DNA of 53,235 nt, counting the filler, from Sphingomonadaceae bacterium (GTDB lineage: Bacteria; Chloroflexota; UBA6077), in assembly GCA_050261575.1 (NCBI GenBank). It is 3 parts of 3 records of this genome, joined end to end, with 100 filler letters (N's around TTAATTAATTAA, not from the genome) between each part and the next. Parts side by side here need not be neighbours in the genome. Positions count along the whole stretch, not along the records: positions 28,122 to 44,433 come from JBLNDL010000094.1; 2 more parts are not named here. One strand, written 5' to 3'. The translations under genes and the position numbers were made by a program. Numbering within the stretch: the first letter of the stretch is position 1; the number at the start of each line of letters is the position of its first letter. The notes beneath the pieces are model-generated. The model worked only from the letters and a program-made list of their open reading frames with translations, was not told the DNA's origin and searched no databases. Shown here one piece after another: positions 34,453 to 43,146 of this stretch.

Positions 34453-37400
34453 ATGACGATAGGCATCAGGCACAGAACCCCACTCGTGCTGGTCGTCCTG
34501 GCCTCGGTCGTGGTGGGTCTGGCGGTGTCGAGACAGGGTTTCCAGATGGAGACGACCGCCGAGGCCCCAGCCGGGCCGACGATCTTCCTGAGCGATCTGC
34601 AGTGGGAGTGGGCCACCACCGGATGGGTGGCACTGGCCGACGACCATCTGCCCAAGCTGGATAGCTCCTTCCTGAACGGTCCGATCACTATCGGGGAGGA
34701 GTGCTACGACAAAGGGATCGGGACCTTCCCCCTTTCCGAGATAGTCTACTCCCTGGATGGGCGGTACAGCCTCTTCCAGGCCGAGGTGGGCGTCGACGCG
34801 TCGGTTCCCGAGGGCAGGGGAAGCGTGGTCTTCAAGCTGTTCCTGGACGACGTGCTCGTCTACGACAGCGGGGTGCTGATGTCCGGCATGGCGGCCCGGG
34901 AGGTCGAAATCTCCGTGGCGGGTGTCAGCAGGATGAGGCTGGTGGTGGAGGACTCCGGCGACGGCTCCTCCATGGACTACGCCGACTGGGGCAATGCGCG
35001 CCTGACGCTCGCCGCGCAGGAGTCGGCCCAGGGCTCAAACCCGTTGCTCAAGATGCTGGAGGCCGCCAGGGCGGAGAGGCAGGTGGGCCGGGACCTGGAG
35101 AGGGCCACCGTGATGCAGCAGTCGGCGGAGGAGGTCGAGGCGCTGAACCGGGCATTCCAGGGTGGCCCGAACTCCGAGGATCTGGCGACTGCCGCCTTCG
35201 ATGCCGACAGGCAGATGATCGTGCTCGCCAACGACAAGCTCGGGCTCGCGCTGGGCTACGGCGGGGATCGGCACGGCCGCCTCAGCGTGGTCGATCTGGA
35301 AACCCGGAGGGTGGTGGCCTACGACACGGCGCCATCCCTGGTTACCGACGACGGGCGCACCACTATTCTCCCTCAGAACACGGTGGCGAGGGAGGGGGGC
35401 TACCGATTCCGGCCGGTGGAGGATCCGGTGCTGGGGGCGGGGATGGAGGTCATCGCCGACTACGATGTGCCCGACGCCGGTCAGGTCGTGTCGGCGAAGC
35501 TCACCCTCTTCGATGGGGCGAGCCACTTCACTTACCAGTTGGAGCTGAGGGAGTCGGAACCGACGATCGCCGTTCGTCGCTTCTCCTACTTCGATCCGGA
35601 GGCCGGCGGGTACCTGTTGGTGGGGGACGATGCCCTCTATCTGACCGACTACAGCCTGATACGGCGAGGAGAGGTGCGCGACGATTCGATCCTCCGGCGT
35701 GAGTTGGTGGGGCTGGGGAAGCCGCTGCTGCTGTACTGCAGGTCGCTGTCGCGAGGCATCCTGATGTCGATCATCGACCAGGTACCCGACCCCGCCCACT
35801 TCAGCCTTCGGCTGGAGACGGGCCACGTGGCGGGGAGCCTGGGCTTCGCCCACCCCGTGCCCGACGACGTGCGGGTCACCCGCGTCCAGACCTCTCCGCG
35901 CCTCTTCTTCCAGGTCACCCCTGGCGGCGGCGTGCAGAGGGCGACCTCCCTCTACCGGGAGGTGATGGCGAAGCTCTATCCTCAGCCCCCGCTCCCAGGG
36001 TGGGTGAAGTACCAGTGGGGCACCTGGTACGCATTCAACATGGGGTACGACGAGGAGATCCTCAAAGGGCAGATCGACTACATCGCCGAGAATCTCGCCG
36101 ACCTCGGCCCATGGAGCGTACTGCTGGACGCAGGCTGGTACGTGGCAGAGGGTCGGCCCGATTCCTCGTGGGTGGCGGACGAGGAGAAGTTCCCCAACGG
36201 GCTGCGCGCCCTGGTGGATTACGCCCACGCCCGAGGGGTGAAGGTGATCCTCTACTTCTCCGCCCCCTACCTGGATGATCGGGCTCGGGAGGGTAACTGG
36301 CTGGGTCTGCGCGGCTTCATCGAGGAGCACCCCGACTGGTTGATCCCGCTCGAAGCCGACAGCGAGGGCGCGAGCTATGTCTACGACTTCACCAACCCGG
36401 ACCTGGTGGAGTACGTGCGAAAGCTGATCTCCGACTTCTTCATACTCCATGACGTCGATGGGATCAAGATCGACGGCCTTGGCCAGGCCGAGGGGGAGCA
36501 GTTGACGGTGGAGGAGCGCGACAGCTTCGGGGACGTGAACAAGATCCGGATGTTCACCATGGACATCTACCGGCTGATATACGAGGAGGCAGTCGCCTCC
36601 GGCAAGGAGGTGTACATCGAGAGCGGGTGGGCCATCCCCAACTTCGCCACCCAGTACGCCCACACCTTCCGGTACGGCGACGAGTTTCCCAGCTTCGAGA
36701 ACCGCTATCCGGCGGGTGGGTTGCTGGAACACATCGACTATGCGACCCTGCAAAAGGGCGCGCTGGGGCAGCGGCCCAACATGGGGATGGTATGGGGCGG
36801 ACCCGAATCCCAGAGGGCGATCCGGCAGTGGTTCGAGGCCGCGCTTGCCATGGGCGCGCAGATGACCCTGAGCACAGACCTCACACGCATGTCTCCGCGG
36901 GATCTCAGCGCCCTGCGGGCCGTGCTGGTCCACTACAACGCCTTCCAGGGGGAGACCCGCTTCGTGGGGATACCGTTCGCCCAGTCCTTCGCCACCACCA
37001 GCAACGGCACGACCTACCTCGGTGCCCTCAACCGCGGCCGGGAGCCGAGGAGTGTCACCCTCAGGCTCGCGGACCACGGGTTGGACGCGCAGCGGGAGTA
37101 CCTGATGTACGACGTCTCCTCTGGCAGGCACACGAAGGTGCGCGGTTCCTTCTCCATCCAGATGGAGGGAAGCAGCTTCCGCCTCTTCCTGCTGCGCGAC
37201 ACGCCGGGGATGATCTGGACCAACAGCTCCTTCACGACCGAGTCCGGCCCCCAATCGCTCAGGATCAGGGTGTCGGGGCCCGGATCGTTGATGGGTTTCG
37301 CTCAGATCCTGGTGCCCCCGCCCTCCAAGGTGTTGCTGGACGGCGTGGAGTTGTCCTCATCTGCGGATCTGAAACCCAGCGATCGCTACTGGTACGACGG

Positions 37401-37467
37401 GGATACGGGGGTGCTGCGGCTGCGCTACGACCACCGGCGTCAACATCTGATAGAGGTAGAGTACTAG
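34453..37467 (+). CDS. Exported NPCBM/NEW2 + clan GH-D (GH36/GH27-like) glycosidase
   Basis: N-terminal TM. NPCBM motifs (FLSDL, YDKGIG, GSVVFK, DYADWGNARL). TIM-barrel motifs LLDAGW, KFPNGLRALVDYAHARGVK, GIKID. Confidence 0.8.
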   Translation: MTIGIRHRTPLVLVVLASVVVGLAVSRQGFQMETTAEAPAGPTIFLSDLQWEWATTGWVALADDHLPKLDSSFLNGPITIGEECYDKGIGTFPLSEIVYSLDGRYSLFQAEVGVDASVPEGRGSVVFKLFLDDVLVYDSGVLMSGMAAREVEISVAGVSRMRLVVEDSGDGSSMDYADWGNARLTLAAQESAQGSNPLLKMLEAARAERQVGRDLERATVMQQSAEEVEALNRAFQGGPNSEDLATAAFDADRQMIVLANDKLGLALGYGGDRHGRLSVVDLETRRVVAYDTAPSLVTDDGRTTILPQNTVAREGGYRFRPVEDPVLGAGMEVIADYDVPDAGQVVSAKLTLFDGASHFTYQLELRESEPTIAVRRFSYFDPEAGGYLLVGDDALYLTDYSLIRRGEVRDDSILRRELVGLGKPLLLYCRSLSRGILMSIIDQVPDPAHFSLRLETGHVAGSLGFAHPVPDDVRVTRVQTSPRLFFQVTPGGGVQRATSLYREVMAKLYPQPPLPGWVKYQWGTWYAFNMGYDEEILKGQIDYIAENLADLGPWSVLLDAGWYVAEGRPDSSWVADEEKFPNGLRALVDYAHARGVKVILYFSAPYLDDRAREGNWLGLRGFIEEHPDWLIPLEADSEGASYVYDFTNPDLVEYVRKLISDFFILHDVDGIKIDGLGQAEGEQLTVEERDSFGDVNKIRMFTMDIYRLIYEEAVASGKEVYIESGWAIPNFATQYAHTFRYGDEFPSFENRYPAGGLLEHIDYATLQKGALGQRPNMGMVWGGPESQRAIRQWFEAALAMGAQMTLSTDLTRMSPRDLSALRAVLVHYNAFQGETRFVGIPFAQSFATTSNGTTYLGALNRGREPRSVTLRLADHGLDAQREYLMYDVSSGRHTKVRGSFSIQMEGSSFRLFLLRDTPGMIWTNSSFTTESGPQSLRIRVSGPGSLMGFAQILVPPPSKVLLDGVELSSSADLKPSDRYWYDGDTGVLRLRYDHRRQHLIEVEY

Positions 37468-40400
37468 ATGGCAAGACTCCCAGGTGCCCGCTCCCAACTC
37501 ATAGTCTCGCTTATCTGGACCTCGTTGGCCCTGGGCTTCCTGCTGGCGTGCGACCTGCTGCTGTTCCGCGGCGCTCTGCTCGAGGGGAAGGTCTACTACC
37601 GGTCCGACACCGTCACCTACTACTTTCCCGTCGCCGATCGGTTGGTGGATGCGCTCCGCGAGGGGCAGTTGCTGCTGTGGACGCAGCACATCTTCGGCGG
37701 CTTTCCCCTCTTCGCCGACGGAGAGGCGGGCATGCTCTACCCGCCCAACCTGATCGCCTACCTGCTGCTGCCGGAGCCGGACGCCTTCATCTGGTCCAGG
37801 GTCGCCCGATACTTCATGGCGGCCGTATTCACCTTCGCCTATCTCCATACGTTGCGGTTGAACCGGTTCGCCGCCACGGTGGGGGCCCTCAGCTTCGCCT
37901 TCGGTGGCTTCCTGGTCACCCAGATGCACCACACCAACGTGGCCAACACCGCCATCTGGCTGCCGCTGACCTTGGCGATGGTGGAGCTGGCGGTGCGGCA
38001 CGTGGGGCGGGCGCGCTGGCTGTACGCCACCGGCGCGGGGACGTCGGTGGGCATTCAGGCCCTGGCACTGCACGTCCAGCCGCTGCTGATGAGCGGCTTC
38101 TTCCTCGCGATCTACCTTCCCTTCCGGGTGCTGCTGTGCCCTATAGCGCGGCCGGTGAGGAAGGGTAGGGAAGGGGATTGCCAACCCCTGCAGGGTGATG
38201 CAGACAGCCACGGGGCAGGGGACAAGCCCCGGCGCGGCGCCGGGGGCCGCCGCTCCCTTCGGGGCTGGGTTGCCGGTCGACTGAGGCCGGCTCGGGATCT
38301 CCTGCTGGGGGCGAACATCCTCGGCATCGCCGAGCCTGCTCCCACATCATCACGGAGTAGGGGCTGTCCCAACCCCGACGGGCCATCCGGCATCGACCGT
38401 GATCCGGAACGGGAGCCTGAACGACCGTCGGCATTAGGGACAACGCTGGCTCCGGGGCAGGCAGACGGGCCGGCAGGGCCGCCGGCCTGCACGCCGGGGG
38501 CGGGAGCGGCGGGACCGGGCGGCGGGGAGACACGTGATGCGAGCGAGCGCAGCGTCGCGCCCGCCCCACATCTGATGGCTGGGGCGGTCGAGCTGGCCCC
38601 CACGTTGGCGAGGGTGGGACGGTGGGCCGGCCACTTCCTGGTGAAGGGTTTCCATCGCACCGTCCTCGCCTGCCTGCTGCTCGCATTCGTCCCGGCCATC
38701 GCATTCGGCATCGCCGCCGCCCAGGTCCTGCCACTGGTGGAGTTGGGCTTCTACTCCTTCCGCGGCCCAGGGGTGACCTACCAGTTCGCCACATCCTACT
38801 CGATGCCGGTGCAGAATCTGGTGAACCTGCTGTTCCCCTACTTCTACCGGTACACCAACTTCTTCTACTGGTCCCTTTGGTCGGAGTGGGAGACGACCAT
38901 CTACACGGGGATCGGGCCGTTGGTGCTGGCTGCCGTGGCCTTGATCTTCGTGCGGAGCCGGATGGTTCTCTTCTTCGCGGTGGCTGCCGCGGCCAGCGTC
39001 CTGCTGGCGTTCGGCAGCTACTCTCCCTATCCCCTGTACGAGCAGTTGTGGCATCTGCCGGGCTTCTCCTCCCTGCGGGTGCCGGGTCGCTTCGGGATGC
39101 TGATCACCTTCAGCGTGGCCGTGCTGGCGGCCTACGGGGTGGACTGGCTCTGTCGAACCCTCCGCCCGATGTCCGGGGAGCCGGAGCCGCGCGATCGAAG
39201 GCGGCGCTTCTCCAGGGCGGTGAGCGTCAACGGTTTCGCCATCTTCCTGGTTGGGCTGCTGACCGCCACTGCCGCAGTGTTCTGGTGGCTGGTCAGCTTC
39301 CGCATCTGGATAGAGCGGGAGCCCTGGGCGGTGAAGCGAATGGTGGAGGAGAGCTACCTCTCACTGCGCAACGACCGGCCCTGGCTCACCTCGGACATGG
39401 TGCTCTCGTTCCTGAACTACTCCCTGGATCCCACCAATCCCAAGACTGCCACATCCCTCGCCCTGATGCTAGGGGTGTTCCTGCTGCTATTCTGCTGGTT
39501 CGCCTTCCGGCGGTTGTGGAGGGGCTGGGCGACGTTGCTGGTGGCGCTGGTGGCGGCGGATATGCTGCTCTTTGCCCAGGACTTCCACCCCACGGTGCAC
39601 GTCAATCAGCTCTCCAGTCCCGAGTCGGCCACCCGGTGGCTGATGGCTCAGAACGGCGACGGAATGACCCGGGTGTACACGCCCCGAGACATCAGGAAGA
39701 CGGAGCCCAACAAGCTGTTGCCCTTCCAGGTCTCGGAGATCGCGGGCTACAGCTCCCTGGAGACGGTGCGCCACCAGCAGTACATGGGCAAGCTGAACGA
39801 GTTCGACCGGACGCTTCTGGATCTCTACAATGTCCGTTTCGTCGTTCTGCCGAAGCGCCCGCCCGCCCTTCCGTCCTACGAGTCCACCAGTTACCATCCC
39901 AACCGTCCTCTGGCCGACGGCCCTCGAGGCAACCGGGGCTCCCACGTCACCTTCTACGTCGACCCGCCGGTGAAGGCCGACGAGGTGGCCTTCGTCTCGA
40001 ACCTGCGCAGCGCGGACGGCATCCCTCAGAACGCCGACGTGGCGGACATCGTGGTGGTGGACGACAAGGGGGAGCGAGTCACCCTGAAGGTGAAGGCCGG
40101 CAGGGACACGGCGGAGTGGGCGTGGGACAGGCCCGATGTGACTCCCCACGTGGCCCATCAGAAGCCGCGGGTGGTCGACAAGGTGTGGGCCTCCGATGCC
40201 GAGGGTCGCCGCTACCAGGCCAACCTCTACTACGGCCGGTTGCCGCTGGGCAAGACCCGGACGGTATCCAGAGTGGAGTTCCACTACACCAATCCCAAGG
40301 GGGCGGTGAGGCTGTACGGGATGATGCTGTGGGAGAAGCCGAGCACGGCCCACCAGCTCCTGTCCAGCAACCGGTACATCCCGCGCTACGAGGACGACGA

Positions 40401-40995
40401 GGTGCAAATCCTCGAGAACCCCTCGCGCTTGCCGAGGGCTTTTCTGGTGCCGACCGCGAGGATCGTCAAGCGGTGGGAGATCCTCGATCTGATGGCCCAC
40501 GGGGACTTCGATCCCACCAAGACGGTGCTGCTGGAGACCGAGGACAGGATGGAGCCGAGGGCGCTACCCATCCCCGACCCGGGCGTGCCCGACCCGAAGG
40601 TGGTGGAGGCGTGGCTGCAGGGCAACCCCGATGGCACGCCGGGCACGGCGGAGATCGTGAGACACCGATCGACCGAGGTGCAGATCCGGACCAACAGCAG
40701 CCGCAACGCCGTGCTGTTCCTTTCCGATAGCTACTATCCAGGCTGGAAGGCGCTGGTGGACGGGCGGCCCTCCCAGGTGTATCGGGCCAACTACCTGTTC
40801 CGCGCGGTGCTGGTGCCGGAGGGGGAGCACGAGGTCCAGTTCCGCTTCGAGCCGGACAGCTTCGCGCTGGGCACCGACATCTCCCTGTTCACACTCTGGG
40901 GGCTGCTGATCCTCTGGTTTGGATTGGTCGCGTGGAGCCCTATGGTCCGGTTGGCGCGGCGGCAAGTGAAGCTGTGGCGCGCCCGAGCGTCGTAG
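37468..40995 (+). CDS. YfhO-family GT-C membrane glycosyltransferase with a low-complexity insertion
   Basis: DTVTYYFP, LWTQHIFGGFPLFAD..GMLYP, LRVPGRF, C-terminal LSDSYYPGWKALVDG..RANYLFRAV..GEHEV. Confidence 0.9.
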   Translation: MARLPGARSQLIVSLIWTSLALGFLLACDLLLFRGALLEGKVYYRSDTVTYYFPVADRLVDALREGQLLLWTQHIFGGFPLFADGEAGMLYPPNLIAYLLLPEPDAFIWSRVARYFMAAVFTFAYLHTLRLNRFAATVGALSFAFGGFLVTQMHHTNVANTAIWLPLTLAMVELAVRHVGRARWLYATGAGTSVGIQALALHVQPLLMSGFFLAIYLPFRVLLCPIARPVRKGREGDCQPLQGDADSHGAGDKPRRGAGGRRSLRGWVAGRLRPARDLLLGANILGIAEPAPTSSRSRGCPNPDGPSGIDRDPEREPERPSALGTTLAPGQADGPAGPPACTPGAGAAGPGGGETRDASERSVAPAPHLMAGAVELAPTLARVGRWAGHFLVKGFHRTVLACLLLAFVPAIAFGIAAAQVLPLVELGFYSFRGPGVTYQFATSYSMPVQNLVNLLFPYFYRYTNFFYWSLWSEWETTIYTGIGPLVLAAVALIFVRSRMVLFFAVAAAASVLLAFGSYSPYPLYEQLWHLPGFSSLRVPGRFGMLITFSVAVLAAYGVDWLCRTLRPMSGEPEPRDRRRRFSRAVSVNGFAIFLVGLLTATAAVFWWLVSFRIWIEREPWAVKRMVEESYLSLRNDRPWLTSDMVLSFLNYSLDPTNPKTATSLALMLGVFLLLFCWFAFRRLWRGWATLLVALVAADMLLFAQDFHPTVHVNQLSSPESATRWLMAQNGDGMTRVYTPRDIRKTEPNKLLPFQVSEIAGYSSLETVRHQQYMGKLNEFDRTLLDLYNVRFVVLPKRPPALPSYESTSYHPNRPLADGPRGNRGSHVTFYVDPPVKADEVAFVSNLRSADGIPQNADVADIVVVDDKGERVTLKVKAGRDTAEWAWDRPDVTPHVAHQKPRVVDKVWASDAEGRRYQANLYYGRLPLGKTRTVSRVEFHYTNPKGAVRLYGMMLWEKPSTAHQLLSSNRYIPRYEDDEVQILENPSRLPRAFLVPTARIVKRWEILDLMAHGDFDPTKTVLLETEDRMEPRALPIPDPGVPDPKVVEAWLQGNPDGTPGTAEIVRHRSTEVQIRTNSSRNAVLFLSDSYYPGWKALVDGRPSQVYRANYLFRAVLVPEGEHEVQFRFEPDSFALGTDISLFTLWGLLILWFGLVAWSPMVRLARRQVKLWRARAS

Positions 40996-41109
40996 GGGTC
41001 GACTCCCGCGGCGGAGCCGTGGGTCCGAGAACCCTCTCCCGTACCGGTTGCCTCACGTGTATATAATGAAACCGATTCCGGTTGGGGGTTTTGTATCGTG
41101 TTGGCTACG

Positions 41110-43146
41110 ATGCAGCGGTTAGCTCTGCTACTCATCCTTCTGCTCCTCACGCCCTGGCTGTCATCCTGTTCCACCCAGCCGTCGCCCTACACGGTGATGG
41201 AGACCTACCTCGAGGCGTGGGAGGAGGCTCGATACAGCGACATGTACGACCTGCTCTCCAGCGGGGCGCAGGCCGGAATCACCCGCGACAGGTTCGTCCA
41301 GAGGTATCAGGCGATCACCGAGGGGAGCACTATCCTGTCGGTCGAGACCAGCTTCGTAAGAGACGAGAAGCTGGCCAAGGCGGAGAAGAGCGCGAGTCTG
41401 CCCTTCACCGTGGTGATGTCCACGGCGCGGCTGGGGGAGATCCGCGAGGAGAACCTCCTTCCGGTGGTGTACGAGCAGGAGCGGTGGCGGGTGGATTGGA
41501 GCCCGTCGCTGATCTTCAAGGATCTGACTGGCGACAACCGGATCCTCTTCGAGCCGGAGGAGCCCAAGCGGGGCTCCATCCTCGATCGCAAGGGGCGCCC
41601 GCTGGCCACGGAGGGCCAGGTGGTGACGGTGGGGGTGCAGCCCGGGCAGATCCAGGACGAGGCGAATCTGCTGGCAGCCCTGGAGCGAGAGTTGAAGCTT
41701 CCGGCGGGAGAGGCAAAGCAGGCTTACCAGGGCGCGAATCCCGACTGGTTCGTGCCCTTGAAGGATCTGTCTTCTGCCCAAGCCGCGGCGGTGCGCCCCA
41801 AGCTGGAGGGGCTGCCAGGGGTGATCTTCAGGGAGAAGGCGGCGCGAGTTTACCCCAACGGCTCCGTCGCGGCCCATGTGGTCGGCTACGTCACCAGGGT
41901 CTCCGCCGAGGATCTGAAGACCCTGGGGCCTCTGGGATACGGGGAGGAGGACCTGGTGGGCCGGGCTGGCATCGAGGGCTGGGCGGAGAAGACCCTGGCC
42001 GGGGAGCGCGGCGGCAAGTTGAGCGTGGTGACGTCGCAGGGCGAGACGGTGAAGGTAATCGCCCACAAGCCTGCGAAGGACGGCCAGGACGTGCAGTTGA
42101 GCCTGGACCTGGACGTCCAGAAGCTGGCCGAGGAGTCGCTGGGGGCGCAGGCTGGTAGCGTGGTGGTGATGGACGTGCGGGATAACACCGTGCTGGCGCT
42201 GGCCAGCTACCCTCGCTTCGACCCCAACCAGTTCGTCACCGGCTTCTCCGACGAGGAGTGGAAGAAGCTGAACGACGACCCCCTCCGCCCCTTCCAGAAC
42301 CGGCCTGTGGCCAGCTCCTATCCGGTGGGCTCCGTCTTCAAGGTGGTCACCATGGCGGCGGGGCTGGACAAGGGTGGGTTCACGCCGGAGAGCAGCTTCG
42401 ACTGCAACGGCCGGTGGGACGGCCTGGGCAACGGCCAGGCTCTGGGGGATTGGGTGCCGCAGGGGCACGGCCGGCTGAACCTCTTCCAGGGGCTGGTGGA
42501 GTCGTGCAACATCGTCTTCTACGAGGTTGGGAAGAAGCTGGACTCCATCGATCCCGACCTGCTCCCCAGCTACGCTCGGGGCTTCGGGTACGGGCAGCCG
42601 ACGGGGCTGGAGGGGTTGGAGGAGGCATCGGGGTTGGTGCCCGATCCCGCCTGGAAGAGCGCGAACCGCCCAGACGGCTGGTACCTGGGTGACAGCGTCA
42701 ACCTGGCGATCGGCCAGGGCTTCTTCCTGGCCACGCCGCTGCAGGTGGCCAACAGCTACGCGGCAATGGCGCGGGGCGGTGCGCTGATGACCCCCGTGCT
42801 GGTGGGCAAGCCTAGCGGCCAGAGCGTCCAGTTCCAGACCCAGCAGAAGGGGACCCTGCCGGTCTCTCCTGCGAACTTGGAGGTGATCCGGCGGGCGATG
42901 CTGGGAGTCACCTCCGACCCCGATGGGACTGCCCACTACGCGTTCCAGGGCTCCAAGCTCTCGGTGGCGGCCAAGACCGGCTCGGCCGAGCAGTCGCAGG
43001 GTCCGGATACTCACGCCTGGTTCGCCTCCTTCGCCCCTGCCGATCAGCCCAGGATCGCCCTAGTGGTGATGGTGGAGTCGAAGGGGCACGGTGCCGAGGT
43101 GGCCGCGCCCGTTGCGCGGAAGATCTTGGATGGGTATTTCAAGTGA
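41110..43146 (+). CDS. Class B penicillin-binding protein (NTF2-like N domain, dimerisation domain, transpeptidase), lipoprotein
   Basis: Lipobox LSSC, RGSILDR, RVYP, GRAGIE. Catalytic motifs SVFK, SCN, KTG. Confidence 0.95.
   Translation: MQRLALLLILLLLTPWLSSCSTQPSPYTVMETYLEAWEEARYSDMYDLLSSGAQAGITRDRFVQRYQAITEGSTILSVETSFVRDEKLAKAEKSASLPFTVVMSTARLGEIREENLLPVVYEQERWRVDWSPSLIFKDLTGDNRILFEPEEPKRGSILDRKGRPLATEGQVVTVGVQPGQIQDEANLLAALERELKLPAGEAKQAYQGANPDWFVPLKDLSSAQAAAVRPKLEGLPGVIFREKAARVYPNGSVAAHVVGYVTRVSAEDLKTLGPLGYGEEDLVGRAGIEGWAEKTLAGERGGKLSVVTSQGETVKVIAHKPAKDGQDVQLSLDLDVQKLAEESLGAQAGSVVVMDVRDNTVLALASYPRFDPNQFVTGFSDEEWKKLNDDPLRPFQNRPVASSYPVGSVFKVVTMAAGLDKGGFTPESSFDCNGRWDGLGNGQALGDWVPQGHGRLNLFQGLVESCNIVFYEVGKKLDSIDPDLLPSYARGFGYGQPTGLEGLEEASGLVPDPAWKSANRPDGWYLGDSVNLAIGQGFFLATPLQVANSYAAMARGGALMTPVLVGKPSGQSVQFQTQQKGTLPVSPANLEVIRRAMLGVTSDPDGTAHYAFQGSKLSVAAKTGSAEQSQGPDTHAWFASFAPADQPRIALVVMVESKGHGAEVAAPVARKILDGYFK

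Noticed and set aside
41110..43146. mecA-type resistance gene
   Set aside because: It shares only the general NTF2-PBP architecture and has no mec regulators or mobile context.
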